64,000 bases of DNA from a bacterium (GTDB lineage: Bacteria; Auribacterota; Erginobacteria; Erginobacterales; DAOSXE01): contig DAOSXE010000015.1 of the NCBI GenBank assembly GCA_035380285.1, positions 1,927 through 65,926 on the forward strand, given 5' to 3'. Shown here one piece after another: positions 1-8,925 of the stretch; the stretch's first letter is position 1; every line of letters starts with the position of its first letter. The notes beneath the pieces are model-generated. The model was not told where the DNA came from, searched no databases, and saw nothing but the letters and a program-made list of their open reading frames with translations. Made by a program: the position numbers and the translations under genes.

Positions 1-531
1 ATCCTCTACCTGCGGCAGCACAAGGGGAAAACCCCGGAAGAAGAGCTCAAGGGGGACCGGCCCCTCGATGAGGTCCCCGCCGACCTCGCCCCCGGTCTGG
101 TGGCGAGCTACTACAACAAGATCAGTCCCGTCGGCGAACCGGTCCGGAGGACCGTGGAAAGCGACGTCTATTTCCGGCTCAACAACGACGAGGAAAAAGT
201 CGAGCGCCTGGGCCTGAAGGCCCCCCTGAGCATCGTCTGGGAGGGCCTGATCCTGATCCCCTCGGACGGCACCTACTATTTCGCCACCGAGTCCGACGAC
301 GGATCCTGGGTCTTCGTGGACGACAAGCTGGTGGTCGACAACGGGGGCAACCACGGCAACCAGTACGTCTCCGGCGAAATCGAGCTCACCGCCGGGTACC
401 ACCGGTTCCGGGTCAAGTACTTCGACAGCGCCTGGGGGGCCTGGATGAAGCTGGTCTGGACTCCCCCCGGGGGCGCGGAGGCTCCCATTCCCGCCGACCG
501 CCTGCTGCACTCGAAAGCTGAGGAGAGCTGA
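1..531 (+). CDS. PA14 domain-containing protein, C-terminal part (5-prime end lies upstream of window)
   Basis: Frame is open from nt 1 in the same frame as ORF 100..531; translation shows PA14-like signature GTYYFATESDDGSWVFVDDKLVVDNGG...GEIELTAGYHRFRVKYF. Confidence 0.6.
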   Translation: MLYLRQHKGKTPEEELKGDRPLDEVPADLAPGLVASYYNKISPVGEPVRRTVESDVYFRLNNDEEKVERLGLKAPLSIVWEGLILIPSDGTYYFATESDDGSWVFVDDKLVVDNGGNHGNQYVSGEIELTAGYHRFRVKYFDSAWGAWMKLVWTPPGGAEAPIPADRLLHSKAEES

Positions 532-556
532 CCCGGACCGGGTGCCGGGAGACGGA

Positions 557-1282
557 TCAGGAATAACGGCCGGCCGCGGCGTTGATCCGGACCCGGAGAA
601 CGTCGCGGAACATCCGCAGGGAATCGCGGACCGGGCTGACGGTCGAGCCCTCGGCGTTGAGCCATTTCACCGGGACCTCGCGGATGCGGTAGCCGAGGCG
701 ACGCGCCAGGTACAGCATCTCCACGTCGAAGCTGAACCCGTCGATCCGGCAACGGGGGGCGATGGACGACATGGCGGCGCGGGTGAAGCATTTGAATCCG
801 CACTGGGTGTCGGCTATCCCGCCGACGGCCACGGCTCGGACCAGCCCGTTGAAGACGCGGCCCATCACCCGGCGGTAGAAGGGCTGGCGGACGACCAGGT
901 CGGAACCGGAAAGGTTGCGGGAGCCGATCACCACGTCGTACCCTTCCTCCAGGAACGGGAAAAATTTCTCCACTTCCTCGATCGGGGTCGAAAGGTCGGC
1001 GTCGGAGAAAAGAACGAATTCGCCGGAAGCCGCGGCGGCGCCTTCCCGGACCGTGTACCCCTTGCCCCGGTTGAGCTTGCGGTCGACCACGGTCAGGGGA
1101 AATCCGGGGGGGCGCCAGGCCTGGGCCGCGGCGGCGGTGGCGTCGGTACTGCCGTCGCTGACCACGATCACCTCCACGGAATAGTCGCGGCCGGAAAAAT
1201 ACCCGCGCAGGCGCTCCAGGGTGGGGACCAGGCGCGCCTCTTCGTTATAGGCGGGCACGACCACGGAGAGACGGACGCTCAC
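557..1282 (-). CDS. family 2 glycosyltransferase (polyprenol-phosphate glycosyltransferase-like)
   Basis: N-terminal LSVVVPAYNEE and downstream SDADL acidic motifs typical of GT-A fold GT2 enzymes; 241 aa. Confidence 0.8.
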   Translation of the reverse strand: MSVRLSVVVPAYNEEARLVPTLERLRGYFSGRDYSVEVIVVSDGSTDATAAAAQAWRPPGFPLTVVDRKLNRGKGYTVREGAAAASGEFVLFSDADLSTPIEEVEKFFPFLEEGYDVVIGSRNLSGSDLVVRQPFYRRVMGRVFNGLVRAVAVGGIADTQCGFKCFTRAAMSSIAPRCRIDGFSFDVEMLYLARRLGYRIREVPVKWLNAEGSTVSPVRDSLRMFRDVLRVRINAAAGRYS

Positions 1283-1782
1283 AGGATCACCCCCTGTTCC
1301 AGTTTCCTGAGCTTGCCCGCGATCAGTTTACGGGAGAAGAACCCGGCCCGGTCGCTGATCAGCACCCCCTCCAGGTGGTCGGTCTCGTGCTGGATGATCC
1401 GCCCGAACAGACCGGAGCCCTCGATCTCCCGGCTCTCCCCCTCCAGACCCCGGTAGCGGATCCGGACGGTGCGGTCGCGCTCGATCTCCACGTAGATCCC
1501 GGGAAGGCTCATGCACCCTTCCTCCGCCGTTTCCCGGCCTTCGCCGCCCAGGATCTCGGGGTTGACGAAGACCTGGAAGCCGGCGCCGTCCTGGGCATCG
1601 AGCACGAATAACCGGCGGGAGTCCCCCACCTGGGTGGCGGCCAGGCCGACCGCCTGGCTGTAGTAGAGGGTGTCGCGCATCCGTTCGACCAGGGCGCGCA
1701 GATCGGAATCGAACCGTTCCACCTCCCGGGCCTTTTCCCGTAGGACCGGGTCCCCGTAAATCCTGATCGGAATCGCATTCAT
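1279..1782 (-). CDS. def: peptide deformylase
   Basis: Motifs GLAATQVG, EGCMSLPG and QHETDHLEG in translation; start placed at internal ATG (MNAIPIR) of ORF 1279..1815. Confidence 0.85.
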   Translation of the reverse strand: MNAIPIRIYGDPVLREKAREVERFDSDLRALVERMRDTLYYSQAVGLAATQVGDSRRLFVLDAQDGAGFQVFVNPEILGGEGRETAEEGCMSLPGIYVEIERDRTVRIRYRGLEGESREIEGSGLFGRIIQHETDHLEGVLISDRAGFFSRKLIAGKLRKLEQGVIL

Positions 1783-2588
1783 CTCGGTTCCTCCGCCGCC
1801 GCGGCGGCTTTCCATCCGACCGTGGCCGCGCCCGCGCCCGGGCGGCGGCGAAACCCGATCGCTCTACACATATACGCCTTGGCCTCCTCGGCGGCGGCGC
1901 GCGCCTCAAGGCCGCGGGCCAGGCCGGCGGCCAGGGCGGCGGAGAAAGTGCATCCGGTGCCGTGGAGCGGCTCCTCGGTCAGACGCGGCGAGCGCAGCCA
2001 GCAGGCCGACTTCCCGTCCCAGAAGAGGTCGTCGGCCGGCCCCGAACCGTGGCCGGCCTTGACTACGACGGCGGCGGCGCCGAAACCGGCTATGGCCCGG
2101 GCGGCGGCCAACATCTCCCCGGCGTCGGCCACCGGGAACCCCGCCAGGATCCGGGCTTCCTCGAGATTGGGAGTGACGACGCGGGCCAGGGGAAGCAGCT
2201 CCGAGATCAGCGTCCGCACGGCTTCCTTTTCCAGGAGCCGATCGCCGGAGGTGGCGACCATGACCGGATCCACCACCAGGTTGGGAAGCTTCAGGGAACG
2301 GATCCGCGCGGCCACCTCCCGGATGATGCCGGCGTTGGCCAGCATCCCGGTCTTGACCGCCGACGGGTGCATGTCCCGCGCCACCGCCTCGATCTGAGCG
2401 CCGACGAAATCCGGCTCCAGGCAGACCACCGCCTCGACCCCTCTCGTGTTCTGAGCGGTGACCGCGGTGACGGCGGTGGTCCCGAAAACTCCGAACGCCT
2501 CGAAGGTCTTGAGATCGGCCTGGATCCCGGCCCCGCCGCCGGAATCGGAACCGGCGATGGTGAGCGCGCTGTACACTTTCTCCGCCAT
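1779..2588 (-). CDS. thiD: hydroxymethylpyrimidine/phosphomethylpyrimidine kinase
   Basis: [21 protein letters not shown] and [13 protein letters not shown] motifs; start placed at internal Met of ORF 1779..2609 whose first codon is probably non-ATG; 1-nt overlap with def. Confidence 0.85.
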   Translation of the reverse strand: MAEKVYSALTIAGSDSGGGAGIQADLKTFEAFGVFGTTAVTAVTAQNTRGVEAVVCLEPDFVGAQIEAVARDMHPSAVKTGMLANAGIIREVAARIRSLKLPNLVVDPVMVATSGDRLLEKEAVRTLISELLPLARVVTPNLEEARILAGFPVADAGEMLAAARAIAGFGAAAVVVKAGHGSGPADDLFWDGKSACWLRSPRLTEEPLHGTGCTFSAALAAGLARGLEARAAAEEAKAYMCRAIGFRRRPGAGAATVGWKAAAAAEEPR

Positions 2589-2742
2589 GACCGCAGAAGA
2601 ATAGGCCAAGGAAGGTGCTTTTTCAAAACAAAACCCTCCCTCCCCGGCAGGCCGGGCGAATACGGCGGGGCATTTCGGCGGAAACGGATAAAAACCGGGG
2701 GCACGTCCGCCCGCGGATTCGCGCGCCGGGGGACGTTTATTT

Positions 2743-3492
2743 TCAGCCGAGCAGGAACCCGCCGGTGTAGCGGACCGACTTCGTGTCCTGAGAGGGCAGG
2801 TTCCAGTCCCGGATCCAGCGGATCGGGCGGGGGCCGCCGCCGCAGACGGGGAACGCGCCGGCGGCCGAACAGAGCGCGTCGACCCAGAAACCGCAGGCCT
2901 CGAGGGCGAACAGCCGCCGGAGGGGCCGACGGCACTCCTCTCCCTCGGCGCACCCCCGCGGACAGACCCGGCACGGCCCGCTGGCGTAGGCGGCGAGGAC
3001 GGCGAAACCTTCCCCGCGCAGGGCTTGCGCCGTCCGGGCGATGAAGGGATGGACCCGGTTCTGGGAGAGTTCGTCCTCGTCCGCTTCCAACTGGACGACG
3101 AGGAAACCGCGGGCGCGGGAGAGAAGCTCCCGCGTCGTTTCGACCGCGGGCGCGTAGGGCGGGCACCCCTTCCACCCCCTCAGGATACCGGGGCAGGAGG
3201 GAATCGTCCCCTCGGCCGTGCGGTAGGGGATGCGGCAGAACCGCTTCACCCGCTCGGCGACGACGGAGGACAGCGGAGGCATCAGCCCGGCCCGGAGAAC
3301 GCCGGGGGCCAGCGCCGGGTCGGCGGCGTGCCGTCGCTCCAGGAGGGCGCCCAGTGCCTCGGCGCGGCGGTCGTAGAAATCCGCGAAGTCCGCGGTGGCT
3401 CCGGCGGCGGAGACGGGGGCGAGCCGCCGGGATTGCCGGATGTATTCCCGCGCCGTGCCGATTTCTCGTCCTCCGTTGTCGGCGACGGGCAC
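2743..3492 (-). CDS. cysteine-rich predicted metal-binding protein (hypothetical)
   Basis: C-terminal ~240 aa of ORF 2743..4251 has protein-like composition with clustered Cys (CRVCPRGC, SCPG); upstream part of that ORF overlaps the next gene and looks like shadow frame; start (GTG) is a guess. Confidence 0.35.
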   Translation of the reverse strand: MPVADNGGREIGTAREYIRQSRRLAPVSAAGATADFADFYDRRAEALGALLERRHAADPALAPGVLRAGLMPPLSSVVAERVKRFCRIPYRTAEGTIPSCPGILRGWKGCPPYAPAVETTRELLSRARGFLVVQLEADEDELSQNRVHPFIARTAQALRGEGFAVLAAYASGPCRVCPRGCAEGEECRRPLRRLFALEACGFWVDALCSAAGAFPVCGGGPRPIRWIRDWNLPSQDTKSVRYTGGFLLG

Positions 3493-3500
3493 GGGCGCCT

Positions 3501-4532
3501 CTAGAAACGGACCCCGGCGAAGCCGGTCACGGTGTTCATCCGGAAGTCGAACGCCTTGTCGAACTTTTCCCGCAGCTCCTCGATTTCGTCCGGGTCGCGG
3601 TCCAGGGCGTTGACCTCGCCGTCCGTACGGAAGTGCAGGTACGCCCCTCCGAAGAACAGATCGACCGCCTCCGAAACCGGGAACTCGATCCGGGCGCTGA
3701 GGCGGTAGGTGTCGAAGTCGATGTCGAGGTCCTTTTCGTGGCGGGTCTTGACGGGGAAATGCTCGGTGGAGCCGTTGTAGGAGAAAAAACCGTAGCGACC
3801 GGAGAGGACCAGGCGCACGCCGTCGGCGGGGCCGAGGGTAAGGTCGCCGCCGGCCCCGAGCACCGGAAGACCGATCCCGCCCCAGCCGTCGGTCTGGCCG
3901 CCGATCACGTACTCCACCGGGGGCTCCTCGTAGACGGTGGTCCCCCGGGGGGGGCCGTCGTCGAGATCGTACTTGCCGAAAATGCCGATCAGCCCCAGGT
4001 AGATCCAGGGAACGAGCGCCACCGATTCCGCGGGTTCGAAGGTGAAGGGGGTGAAAGCAAGATCGATCTCGACCAAACCGGAATCGAGCGAGGCCGTGAA
4101 CTCGTCCCCTTCCGGAATCATCATGTGGTCGTAGCTCTTCCCCCGGTATTCGATGTCGTCGTCGATCCCGATGTAGTAATCGCGGTTGGCCACGGCATCG
4201 GCGTCGGTTCTGAAGTAGGAAGCCTCGAAACTGAGGGTGAAGTATTTCCATTCCTTCTCCACCGCGATGCCGAAGATGGGAACCCGGTCGTTGAGGCCGA
4301 GGTCGTCCAGGGAATACGTGGAACCCTCGCTCTCCCTTCCGATCAGCTCGTAGTACGGGCGGACGGTCTCGGTCACCTCTCCCTCCAGTTCGGAGACCAT
4401 TCCGCCCCCGACCGAAATCAGCCAGCCCCGATCGATCCCGTCGTCGCGGCCCCAGCGAAAAACCCCGGTCCCGGCCCGGGCGGAAGCGGCCCAGCAGCCG
4501 GCGAGGGCGACGGCGAAAAGCAATCTATTCAT
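3501..4532 (-). CDS. secreted hypothetical protein, possible outer-membrane beta-barrel
   Basis: N-terminal signal-peptide-like MNRLLFAVALAGCWAASARA, alternating hydrophobic pattern, C-terminal aromatic residue (ends ...GVRF). Confidence 0.5.
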   Translation of the reverse strand: MNRLLFAVALAGCWAASARAGTGVFRWGRDDGIDRGWLISVGGGMVSELEGEVTETVRPYYELIGRESEGSTYSLDDLGLNDRVPIFGIAVEKEWKYFTLSFEASYFRTDADAVANRDYYIGIDDDIEYRGKSYDHMMIPEGDEFTASLDSGLVEIDLAFTPFTFEPAESVALVPWIYLGLIGIFGKYDLDDGPPRGTTVYEEPPVEYVIGGQTDGWGGIGLPVLGAGGDLTLGPADGVRLVLSGRYGFFSYNGSTEHFPVKTRHEKDLDIDFDTYRLSARIEFPVSEAVDLFFGGAYLHFRTDGEVNALDRDPDEIEELREKFDKAFDFRMNTVTGFAGVRF

Positions 4533-5298
4533 CGGCGTTCTCCCGGTAGGTTTCCAACCGGTCCTCGCCGGGGAAAAATTCCAGGAGTTCGGGCCGGCCG
4601 TCCAGAAGCCGGATCAGCGTGTAGCGTTTGACCCAACAGCCGGTGTTGCCGTACGTCCCCTCCGGGAACGAGGACAGCTCCGGACAGTGGGTGTGCCCGA
4701 GAATAACCAGGTCGTCACCCTCCCGCAGATACTCCCGGGCGCGGACCCGGTAAGCGCCCAAAACCTCTTCGGTGGCCCGGGTAAGCTCGAACCGGCGGCT
4801 GCGGGCGGAGATAAACTCCCCCAACGGCACTCCGGCCGCCGGGGGGAGGAGCCGGTACAGCCGCTGGAGCGCCGGGTTGCGCAGGAGCCGATGGAGAAAA
4901 CGGCTGCCCCGGTCCCCGGGCCGGATCCCGTCGCCGTGCCTGACCCTCACGTTCCTCCCCTGGAGCTTTCCCCGGAACTCCCGGTCGTGGACGGTGACGC
5001 CCACGGTCTCGCTGACGAACGGCCCCAGGGCGAAATCGTGGTTGCCCTGACAGTAGTGGACCTCAACCCCGGCCTCGACCAGAGAGCGGAGGGCGTGGAG
5101 AGGACGGAAATAGTCGGGCCGGACGGCGTAACGGTATTCGATCCAGAAATCGAAGAGGTCGCCGACGATGAAGATCCGGGAGGCTCCCCCGCCCCACTTT
5201 CTCAGAAAGGACTCGAGGGCGGCGCCCCGGCCCTCGCCCCCCTCGATGCCGATGCCCAGGTGGGCGTCCGAAACGAAATAAATCGGCTTTGACGGCAC
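4525..5298 (-). CDS. LpxH-like calcineurin-type metallophosphoesterase (UDP-2,3-diacylglucosamine diphosphatase family)
   Basis: Metallophosphoesterase motifs in order: FVSDAHLG, GDLFDFW, GNHDF, HGD, GHTH. Confidence 0.6.
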   Translation of the reverse strand: MPSKPIYFVSDAHLGIGIEGGEGRGAALESFLRKWGGGASRIFIVGDLFDFWIEYRYAVRPDYFRPLHALRSLVEAGVEVHYCQGNHDFALGPFVSETVGVTVHDREFRGKLQGRNVRVRHGDGIRPGDRGSRFLHRLLRNPALQRLYRLLPPAAGVPLGEFISARSRRFELTRATEEVLGAYRVRAREYLREGDDLVILGHTHCPELSSFPEGTYGNTGCWVKRYTLIRLLDGRPELLEFFPGEDRLETYRENADE

Positions 5299-5397
5299 TG
5301 GTTCGTTCCCCGGCGTTGCCGATACCCGAAAACCGGACCATCCTGCCGGCCCGGCCTGTTATAACCATACCACAGATCGGACGGAAACGCAGGAGAC

Positions 5398-6210
5398 CTA
5401 CTTCAGGTAATAGAGCCGGGGGTTCTCCCCGATCCGCACGCTCAGTTCGATATAGGGCTTGATCGAACTCATGGCGATCTTCCCCATCAGAACCTCCTCC
5501 ACCTGGAAGATCCCGGTGGCGTCGCGCATGTCGATGGCGATTTCCAGGGGTTTGGTCTCTCCCCGCTTGAGCTCGACGCTGGTCACGCTCAGGGCCGAAT
5601 ACGCGTGGATATCCCCCACGGTGGGATCGTGCTTGCGCTTCACCGCCGCCCGGGCGCGGCCGTACTCCATGTCGCAGCCGTCGGATACCAGCATGATCCC
5701 GGATTCGATCGAGTTGACCTTCATGTGGGCCATGTGACCCATGATGCATTCGAAGATATAGGAACGCAGGATGTAGACCTTTCCCTCGTCCGGATAAATA
5801 TCCCGAAGCACTTCGAAGATGAACGGATCCCCGACGCGGGTGGAATTGATCTCGTGGTCCTGGCGCCCGATCGACATGCCCAGATCGTGAAGAAACGCCG
5901 AAACCGTCAGCACCACCTGGGCGTCCTCCACATCGCCCGAACCCTCCCTGACCACGGTGGGGTCGACCCCGGACTCGGCCAGAATGCCCACGATCTTGAG
6001 GGCGTTGAGGGTGGCGATCTTGGCGTGAACCCGGCCGTGGTCGTTGAACCCGTAGCGCTCGACCGAAACCACGTTGCAAAACCCCATCAGCCGCTCCAGC
6101 GCCTTCAGCGAGAGCAGGCGCTCCAGAGCGCGGCGGGCCTTCCCTTCCGATTTCTCCAACAGTTCGACGTCGAGCTTCTTCTCGAACTCGCTCTTCGCGT
6201 ATTCCGCCAT
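5398..6210 (-). CDS. HD-domain metal-dependent phosphohydrolase
   Basis: His...His-Asp pattern (GRVHAK ... AFLHDLGM) in 270-aa product. Confidence 0.55.
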   Translation of the reverse strand: MAEYAKSEFEKKLDVELLEKSEGKARRALERLLSLKALERLMGFCNVVSVERYGFNDHGRVHAKIATLNALKIVGILAESGVDPTVVREGSGDVEDAQVVLTVSAFLHDLGMSIGRQDHEINSTRVGDPFIFEVLRDIYPDEGKVYILRSYIFECIMGHMAHMKVNSIESGIMLVSDGCDMEYGRARAAVKRKHDPTVGDIHAYSALSVTSVELKRGETKPLEIAIDMRDATGIFQVEEVLMGKIAMSSIKPYIELSVRIGENPRLYYLK

Positions 6211-6344
6211 TCTAACCTCCTGAGTCCGTCCGCCGGGACGATCGTGCTCCCGGGCCCGTTCTTCTCCGTTCGATCATAGTATATCCGGGGAGACTCGGCG
6301 GCGCGGGAAAAATTTGCCGGGACGGGGCACGGGTTTTCTGCTTT

Positions 6345-6373
6345 TTGACATTATGGAGGGAAAATGGTAATAT
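6345..6373 (+). promoter_or_regulatory. sigma70-like promoter (TTGACA-17 nt-TAATAT) upstream of the secreted repeat protein gene
   Basis: Consensus -35 TTGACA and -10 TAATAT with 17-nt spacer read directly; GGAGG Shine-Dalgarno a few nt before the ATG at 6412. Confidence 0.45.
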
Positions 6374-6411
6374 TTAAATCAGTCCATTCAATCCTTAACG
6401 GAGGCTCTTTC

Positions 6412-8775
6412 ATGCAAAAGTCTTGGTGGGCAGCAGCGGCGGCAACGGTCCTGATTCTCGCGCCCGGGGAATCCGGGGCGGCCGGCTACGTTCCCGACTA
6501 CTCCACCTACCTGGGCGGCGGCCTCAACGATACCGGCGGCGATATAGCCGTCGAAGACGGTTCCGTCTATGTCTGCGGAATGAGCGCGTCCGCCGATTTC
6601 CCCACCGTCGCACCCTACCAGGCGGGACTGCCCGGGTTCATCAACGCCGTCATCTCCCGTTTCGATTCGGACGGGAACCTGGTCTTTTCCTCCTACCTGG
6701 GAGGCTCGACCATCGACGCCGGTATCGGGGTCGCCGTCGATGAAGGGGCGGTCTGCTTGGTCGGCTATACGATGTCGTTCGATTTCCCCACCGTCGACCC
6801 CTGCCAAGCGAACCTGGAGGGTTTTCTGGACGCTTTCGTGGCTCGTTTCGACTCCGGGGGCGACCTGATCTTTTCTTCCTACCTGGGAGGGTCCGACGAA
6901 GAGCAAGCGTTCGGTGTCGCCGCCTCCGGCGGCGACATCTACATCGCCGGATTCACCACCTCCACCGACTTCCCCGTCGTCGGAGCATGGCAGCCCGCTC
7001 TGGCCGGGGGAACCGACGCCTTCGTCGCCCGGTTCCAATTCAACCCTTCCAGCAGTCTGGCCTATTCCTCCTACCTGGGAGGGACGGGAGACGACAACGC
7101 CGAGGGTATCGCGGTGGATGGAGGCGTGCTTGGAGTAGGCGGCTACACCGATTCCCTCGATTTTCCCACCAGCGACCCGCTGCAGGGCGCCCTGGCGGGA
7201 GGCTGGGACGGATTCGTTTCCGCTATCGACTTAAACCCCTCGGGCAGCCTGGTTTTTTCGTCGTACCTGGGCGGGAGCGAAGACGATTACGTCTTCAGGA
7301 TCGCCGCCGATAACGAAACCCTCTACCTGAGCGGATCGACGGATTCGACCGATTTTCCCACCGTCAACCCATTTCAGGCCTTCCTGGGCGGCAATGCCGA
7401 CGGCTTCGCCGGAGCCATCGCGCTCAACCCCTCGGCCGCCCTGATATTCTCCTCCTATCTGGGCGGCTCCGGCGACGACGACGCCACGGGGCTGGCCGTC
7501 GAAGACGGAGACATCATTCTGACCGGAGACACCGATTCCCAGGATTTTCCCACTGCCCATCCGTTCCAGCCGGGAACGGCCGGTGGCTTCGACGCCTTCG
7601 CCGCCCGCCTGGCTCTCTCCCCCGCCACGGCCTTGGTCTTTTCGTCATACCTGGGGGGAAGCGGGGACGACAGCGCCATGGGTGCCGCCGCCGAAGACGG
7701 CATCATCTATCTGGGGGGCTGGACCGAATCCACCGACTTCCCGACCGTCAACCCCTTCCAAGCCGCGGCGGCGGGAGGGGCCGATTTCTTCGTCTCCCGT
7801 CTGGTACCGGCCCCACCGACCCCGACCCCGACCGCCAGCACCGCACCCACCTGTTCCCCCAGCGCGACGCCGACGGCCGCGCCCTCCTTCTCTCCCACCC
7901 CCTTCCTCCCCTCACCCCCCACCCCCTCCCCGACCCCATACTCCTCGCCGACGCCCGCCGGGCCTCAGCCCACACCTTCCGCGGCACCGGCCACTCCTCC
8001 CTTCCTGGTTCTGGGCGCCGGCGATTATTCCGGCAACGGCCGGAGCGACATCGCCGTTTTCCGCCCCGCCACCGGGGCATGGAAAGTGCGCGGCCTGGGC
8101 ACCACCTACTTCGGCGGCGGCACCGACATCCCGGTTCCCGGAGATTACGACGGCGACGGGGTCACCGACGTCGCCGTCTTCCGCCCTTCCCGCGGTCTAT
8201 GGTGGGCCAAGGGAGTCACTCGGCTTTATTTCAACCTCGGAGACATCGGTCCCGATACCCGACCCGTTCCGGCGGATTACGACGGAGACGGCAGAACCGA
8301 TCCCGGAATCTTCACCGCCGGAGCGGCTCTCTGGGCGGTCAAGGGCGTCAGCCGATTCCACTTCGGCGCGGCCGGCGACCTGCCCGTGCCCGGAGATTAC
8401 GACGGAGACCTGGCCGCCGACGTTGCAGTCTGGCGCCCCGCCACCGGCCTCTGGGCGGTCCGGGGGATAACCAGAAAATTCTACGGGGTCGACGGAGACA
8501 TCCCCGTCCCCGGCACTTACACCTGGTACGGGGGCGGGGGCGGCCCCTTCCGAACCGAATTCGCGGTCTTCCGACCTTCCCGGGGAGTCTGGCTGATCAG
8601 CGGCGGTCCCAAATACTACTTCGGCGTGACCGGCGACCGTCCTCTTCCCGGTAAATACGTCGGGGGCGAACACGACACCCTCGGCATCTTCCGGCCCCCG
8701 ACCGGGCTTTGGGCCTTGCGAAGCATGACCAAGGTCTTCTACGGCCTTTCCGGAGACGATCCGGTTACCCGGTAA
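6412..8775 (+). CDS. secreted beta-propeller-repeat protein with Pro/Thr linker and C-terminal FG-GAP/VCBS-like repeats
   Basis: Signal peptide MQKSWWAAAAATVLILA; about eight repeats of ...FSSYLGGS...DFPT...; PT-rich linker; repeated GDYDGDG..DVAVFRP units; start placed at internal ATG of ORF 6364..8775. Confidence 0.7.
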   Translation: MQKSWWAAAAATVLILAPGESGAAGYVPDYSTYLGGGLNDTGGDIAVEDGSVYVCGMSASADFPTVAPYQAGLPGFINAVISRFDSDGNLVFSSYLGGSTIDAGIGVAVDEGAVCLVGYTMSFDFPTVDPCQANLEGFLDAFVARFDSGGDLIFSSYLGGSDEEQAFGVAASGGDIYIAGFTTSTDFPVVGAWQPALAGGTDAFVARFQFNPSSSLAYSSYLGGTGDDNAEGIAVDGGVLGVGGYTDSLDFPTSDPLQGALAGGWDGFVSAIDLNPSGSLVFSSYLGGSEDDYVFRIAADNETLYLSGSTDSTDFPTVNPFQAFLGGNADGFAGAIALNPSAALIFSSYLGGSGDDDATGLAVEDGDIILTGDTDSQDFPTAHPFQPGTAGGFDAFAARLALSPATALVFSSYLGGSGDDSAMGAAAEDGIIYLGGWTESTDFPTVNPFQAAAAGGADFFVSRLVPAPPTPTPTASTAPTCSPSATPTAAPSFSPTPFLPSPPTPSPTPYSSPTPAGPQPTPSAAPATPPFLVLGAGDYSGNGRSDIAVFRPATGAWKVRGLGTTYFGGGTDIPVPGDYDGDGVTDVAVFRPSRGLWWAKGVTRLYFNLGDIGPDTRPVPADYDGDGRTDPGIFTAGAALWAVKGVSRFHFGAAGDLPVPGDYDGDLAADVAVWRPATGLWAVRGITRKFYGVDGDIPVPGTYTWYGGGGGPFRTEFAVFRPSRGVWLISGGPKYYFGVTGDRPLPGKYVGGEHDTLGIFRPPTGLWALRSMTKVFYGLSGDDPVTR

Positions 8776-8782
8776 GCCCGCG

Positions 8783-8816
8783 GCGCCGCCCGGGGAGGTT
8801 CGTCTCCGGGCGGCGC
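8783..8816 (+). terminator. GC-rich hairpin (11-bp stem) downstream of 6412..8775, no U-tract
   Basis: gcgccgcccgg / ccgggcggcgc perfect inverted repeat with 12-nt loop directly after the stop codon. Confidence 0.25.
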
Positions 8817-8925
8817 GCCGGCGGAAACCCGAAATTTCCTTGCATTTCGGGCCGATCCGTCTATCCTGTTGCGCCCCTGTCCCCGTTTCGACGAGCCGGA
8901 CGGGGCCAACACGCGGAGCAATGCG

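Noticed and set aside
5063-6079. 338-aa Arg-rich minus-strand ORF overlapping the HD-domain and LpxH-like genes
   Set aside because: Out-of-frame overlap with two better-supported genes and extreme Arg/Gly content.
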